A DNA stretch of 64,000 nt from the NCBI RefSeq assembly GCF_009914755.1, contig NC_060933.1; one strand, written 5' to 3'. The notes under the pieces were generated by a model. The model was not told the DNA's origin, ran no database searches, and saw only the letters and a program-made list of their open reading frames with translations. Below, in pieces: positions 62,705 to 64,000 of the stretch. This stretch comes from the human T2T-CHM13v2.0 reference genome, Homo sapiens. Both the position numbers and the translations under genes were made by a program. The stretch's first letter is position 1. The number at the start of each line of letters is the position of its first letter.

Positions 62705-63044
62705 GTAAGTGCTTTGTAAAATGTCAGGGGCTCCAGGATTATATGGTATTACTGTCACTATTGTAAGCACTTCTACCTTTTTTTTTCTCCTTTTACAGGT
62801 TAGGAAATTGAAATACAGAAAGATGAAAAGTGATTTGCCCAAGCATATAGATCAAAGCTGTGGCAGAACCAGGACTGGAACCTATATCTCTCTACTAATG
62901 GTTTTTTTAAAAAAATAACCTTGTTTCAAAAATATTAAAAAGTCACAAGAAAGGTAAACATGTGGATAAACAAAATGAAGAAAATAAAAATTATCCAGTA
63001 ATAACATATTGGCATATGTCTTTCTGGTATATTTTCCTGTGTTG

Positions 63045-63120
63045 TCATCATTATCATCTCCATCATCATTATATCCATCATTATCATCATCATCATCATC
63101 ATCATCATTATCATCACCAT
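63045..63120. repeat. (CAT)n imperfect trinucleotide repeat in exon 19
   Basis: Read directly. Confidence 0.93.
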
Positions 63121-63362
63121 AGTGAACATGTAATGCTTACCTAGTGCCAGATGCTGTCTAGGCATTTTACATGTGTTACTGGTAACTCATGTAATCCTCA
63201 TAACAACCTTATAAGGTGGTTGCTATTATCCCCATGTTACATATGAAGAGACAGAAGCATAAAGAAGTTGCACCGCTGGTAATTGGCTGGGATTTGAACT
63301 TAAGCAGTCTAACCTTAGAGTAATGATTTTAACAACTATGCTATATACATACAAATTTACAA

Positions 63363-63387
63363 AATAAAACTGGGCTCAGACAATAAA
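63363..63387 (+). terminator. Distal polyadenylation signals (two AATAAA)
   Basis: aAATAAAactgggctcagacAATAAAaac followed by T-rich sequence. Confidence 0.75.
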
Positions 63388-63649
63388 AACAGCTCTCTTT
63401 TCATGTTATAATACTTTTTCACCCCATAACACATAATCACTAATGTTTTAAAGATCAAAACAATGCACATAAAATGTACTGGTTTTAAAAAAAAGAGGAA
63501 ATAGCCACTTACCTCAACCAAACTAACTTGGAGATAGATTAGATTGATAATGGCAAGGGTGATGGGTAGATGGGTAGAGGTTGCTCAAAAAGAAACACAA
63601 AATATATCCTCTTTTAAGGATCCTGATGCTTTGCTCAAAGTTATTTTTA

Positions 63650-64000
63650 TTCTTTTAAAACTAAAAAAAAAACTGTACAAAATTCATAGGGTACATAGTG
63701 GCGCTTTGATATATATAATGTATAGTGATCAGATCAGGGTAATTCGCATACCCAGTCATCCTATAGTGGGTATAGAACACCAGAACTTATTCTTTCTATG
63801 TAGCTATAATTTTGTATCCTTTAACAATTCTCTCCCTATCCCTCCCTTCCCCCTACTTTTCCTAGCTTCTAGTATCCTCTGTTCTACTTTTTACTTCTAT
63901 GAAATCAACTTTTTCAGCTTCTGTATGTGAGTGAGAACATGCGGTGTTTAGTAGGAAATTTCTGTTCCTGGCTTATTTCACTTAACACAGTGTCCTCCAA
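63650..64000 (-). mobile_element. L1MA-like 3' end (runs off the window)
   Basis: atagtgatcagatcagggtaatt ... gtgagtgagaacatgcgg ... ctggcttatttcacttaac. Confidence 0.75.

Larger units (their letters stand above)
62799..63400 (+). ncRNA. CDKN2B-AS1: ANRIL exon 19, distal terminal exon (3' end approximate)
   Basis: ctccttttacAG|gttaggaaa; tandem AATAAA at 63363-63368 and 63382-63387. Confidence 0.85.

Noticed and set aside
62935-63165. Poly-His and poly-Met ORFs
   Set aside because: Translations of the (CAT)n repeat; no coding context

Overview
Human genomic DNA. I recognise it as chromosome 9p21.3, covering the 3' part of the lncRNA gene CDKN2B-AS1 (ANRIL, + strand) and most of the coronary-artery-disease (CAD) risk interval. 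ANRIL exons 8-19 (NR_003529-style numbering, recalled) and the proximal terminal exon of the short isoforms were located by recognisable sequence, and each has canonical AG/GT ends. At the SNP contexts I recall (rs10116277, rs1333040, rs10757274, rs4977574, rs2891168, rs2383206, rs2383207 and others), the window carries the alleles I remember as risk alleles; this needs a dbSNP check. There are no host protein-coding genes. The longer ORFs are decayed LINE-1 ORF1/ORF2 pieces or Alu/LTR/microsatellite artefacts. Much of the window is transposon-derived: Alus, a complete THE1A with TSD, MLT1 LTRs, L1s, L2/MIR and MER DNA transposons. The most unusual structure is an antisense L1PA4/5-like element whose 5' promoter end is missing and is occupied by a 686-bp copy of its own ORF2 endonuclease region, identical by eye and including private mutations. 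It lies about 65 bp from rs10757274 and about 380 bp upstream of ANRIL exon 13. Other observations: a one-base change in a THE1A LTR that creates the exon 8 donor, a 36-nt tailless 5S rRNA retrocopy, several CpG-forming risk alleles, and inverted L1/Alu pairs that could steer ANRIL splicing or circularisation. I see no evidence for a wholly new multi-gene system.
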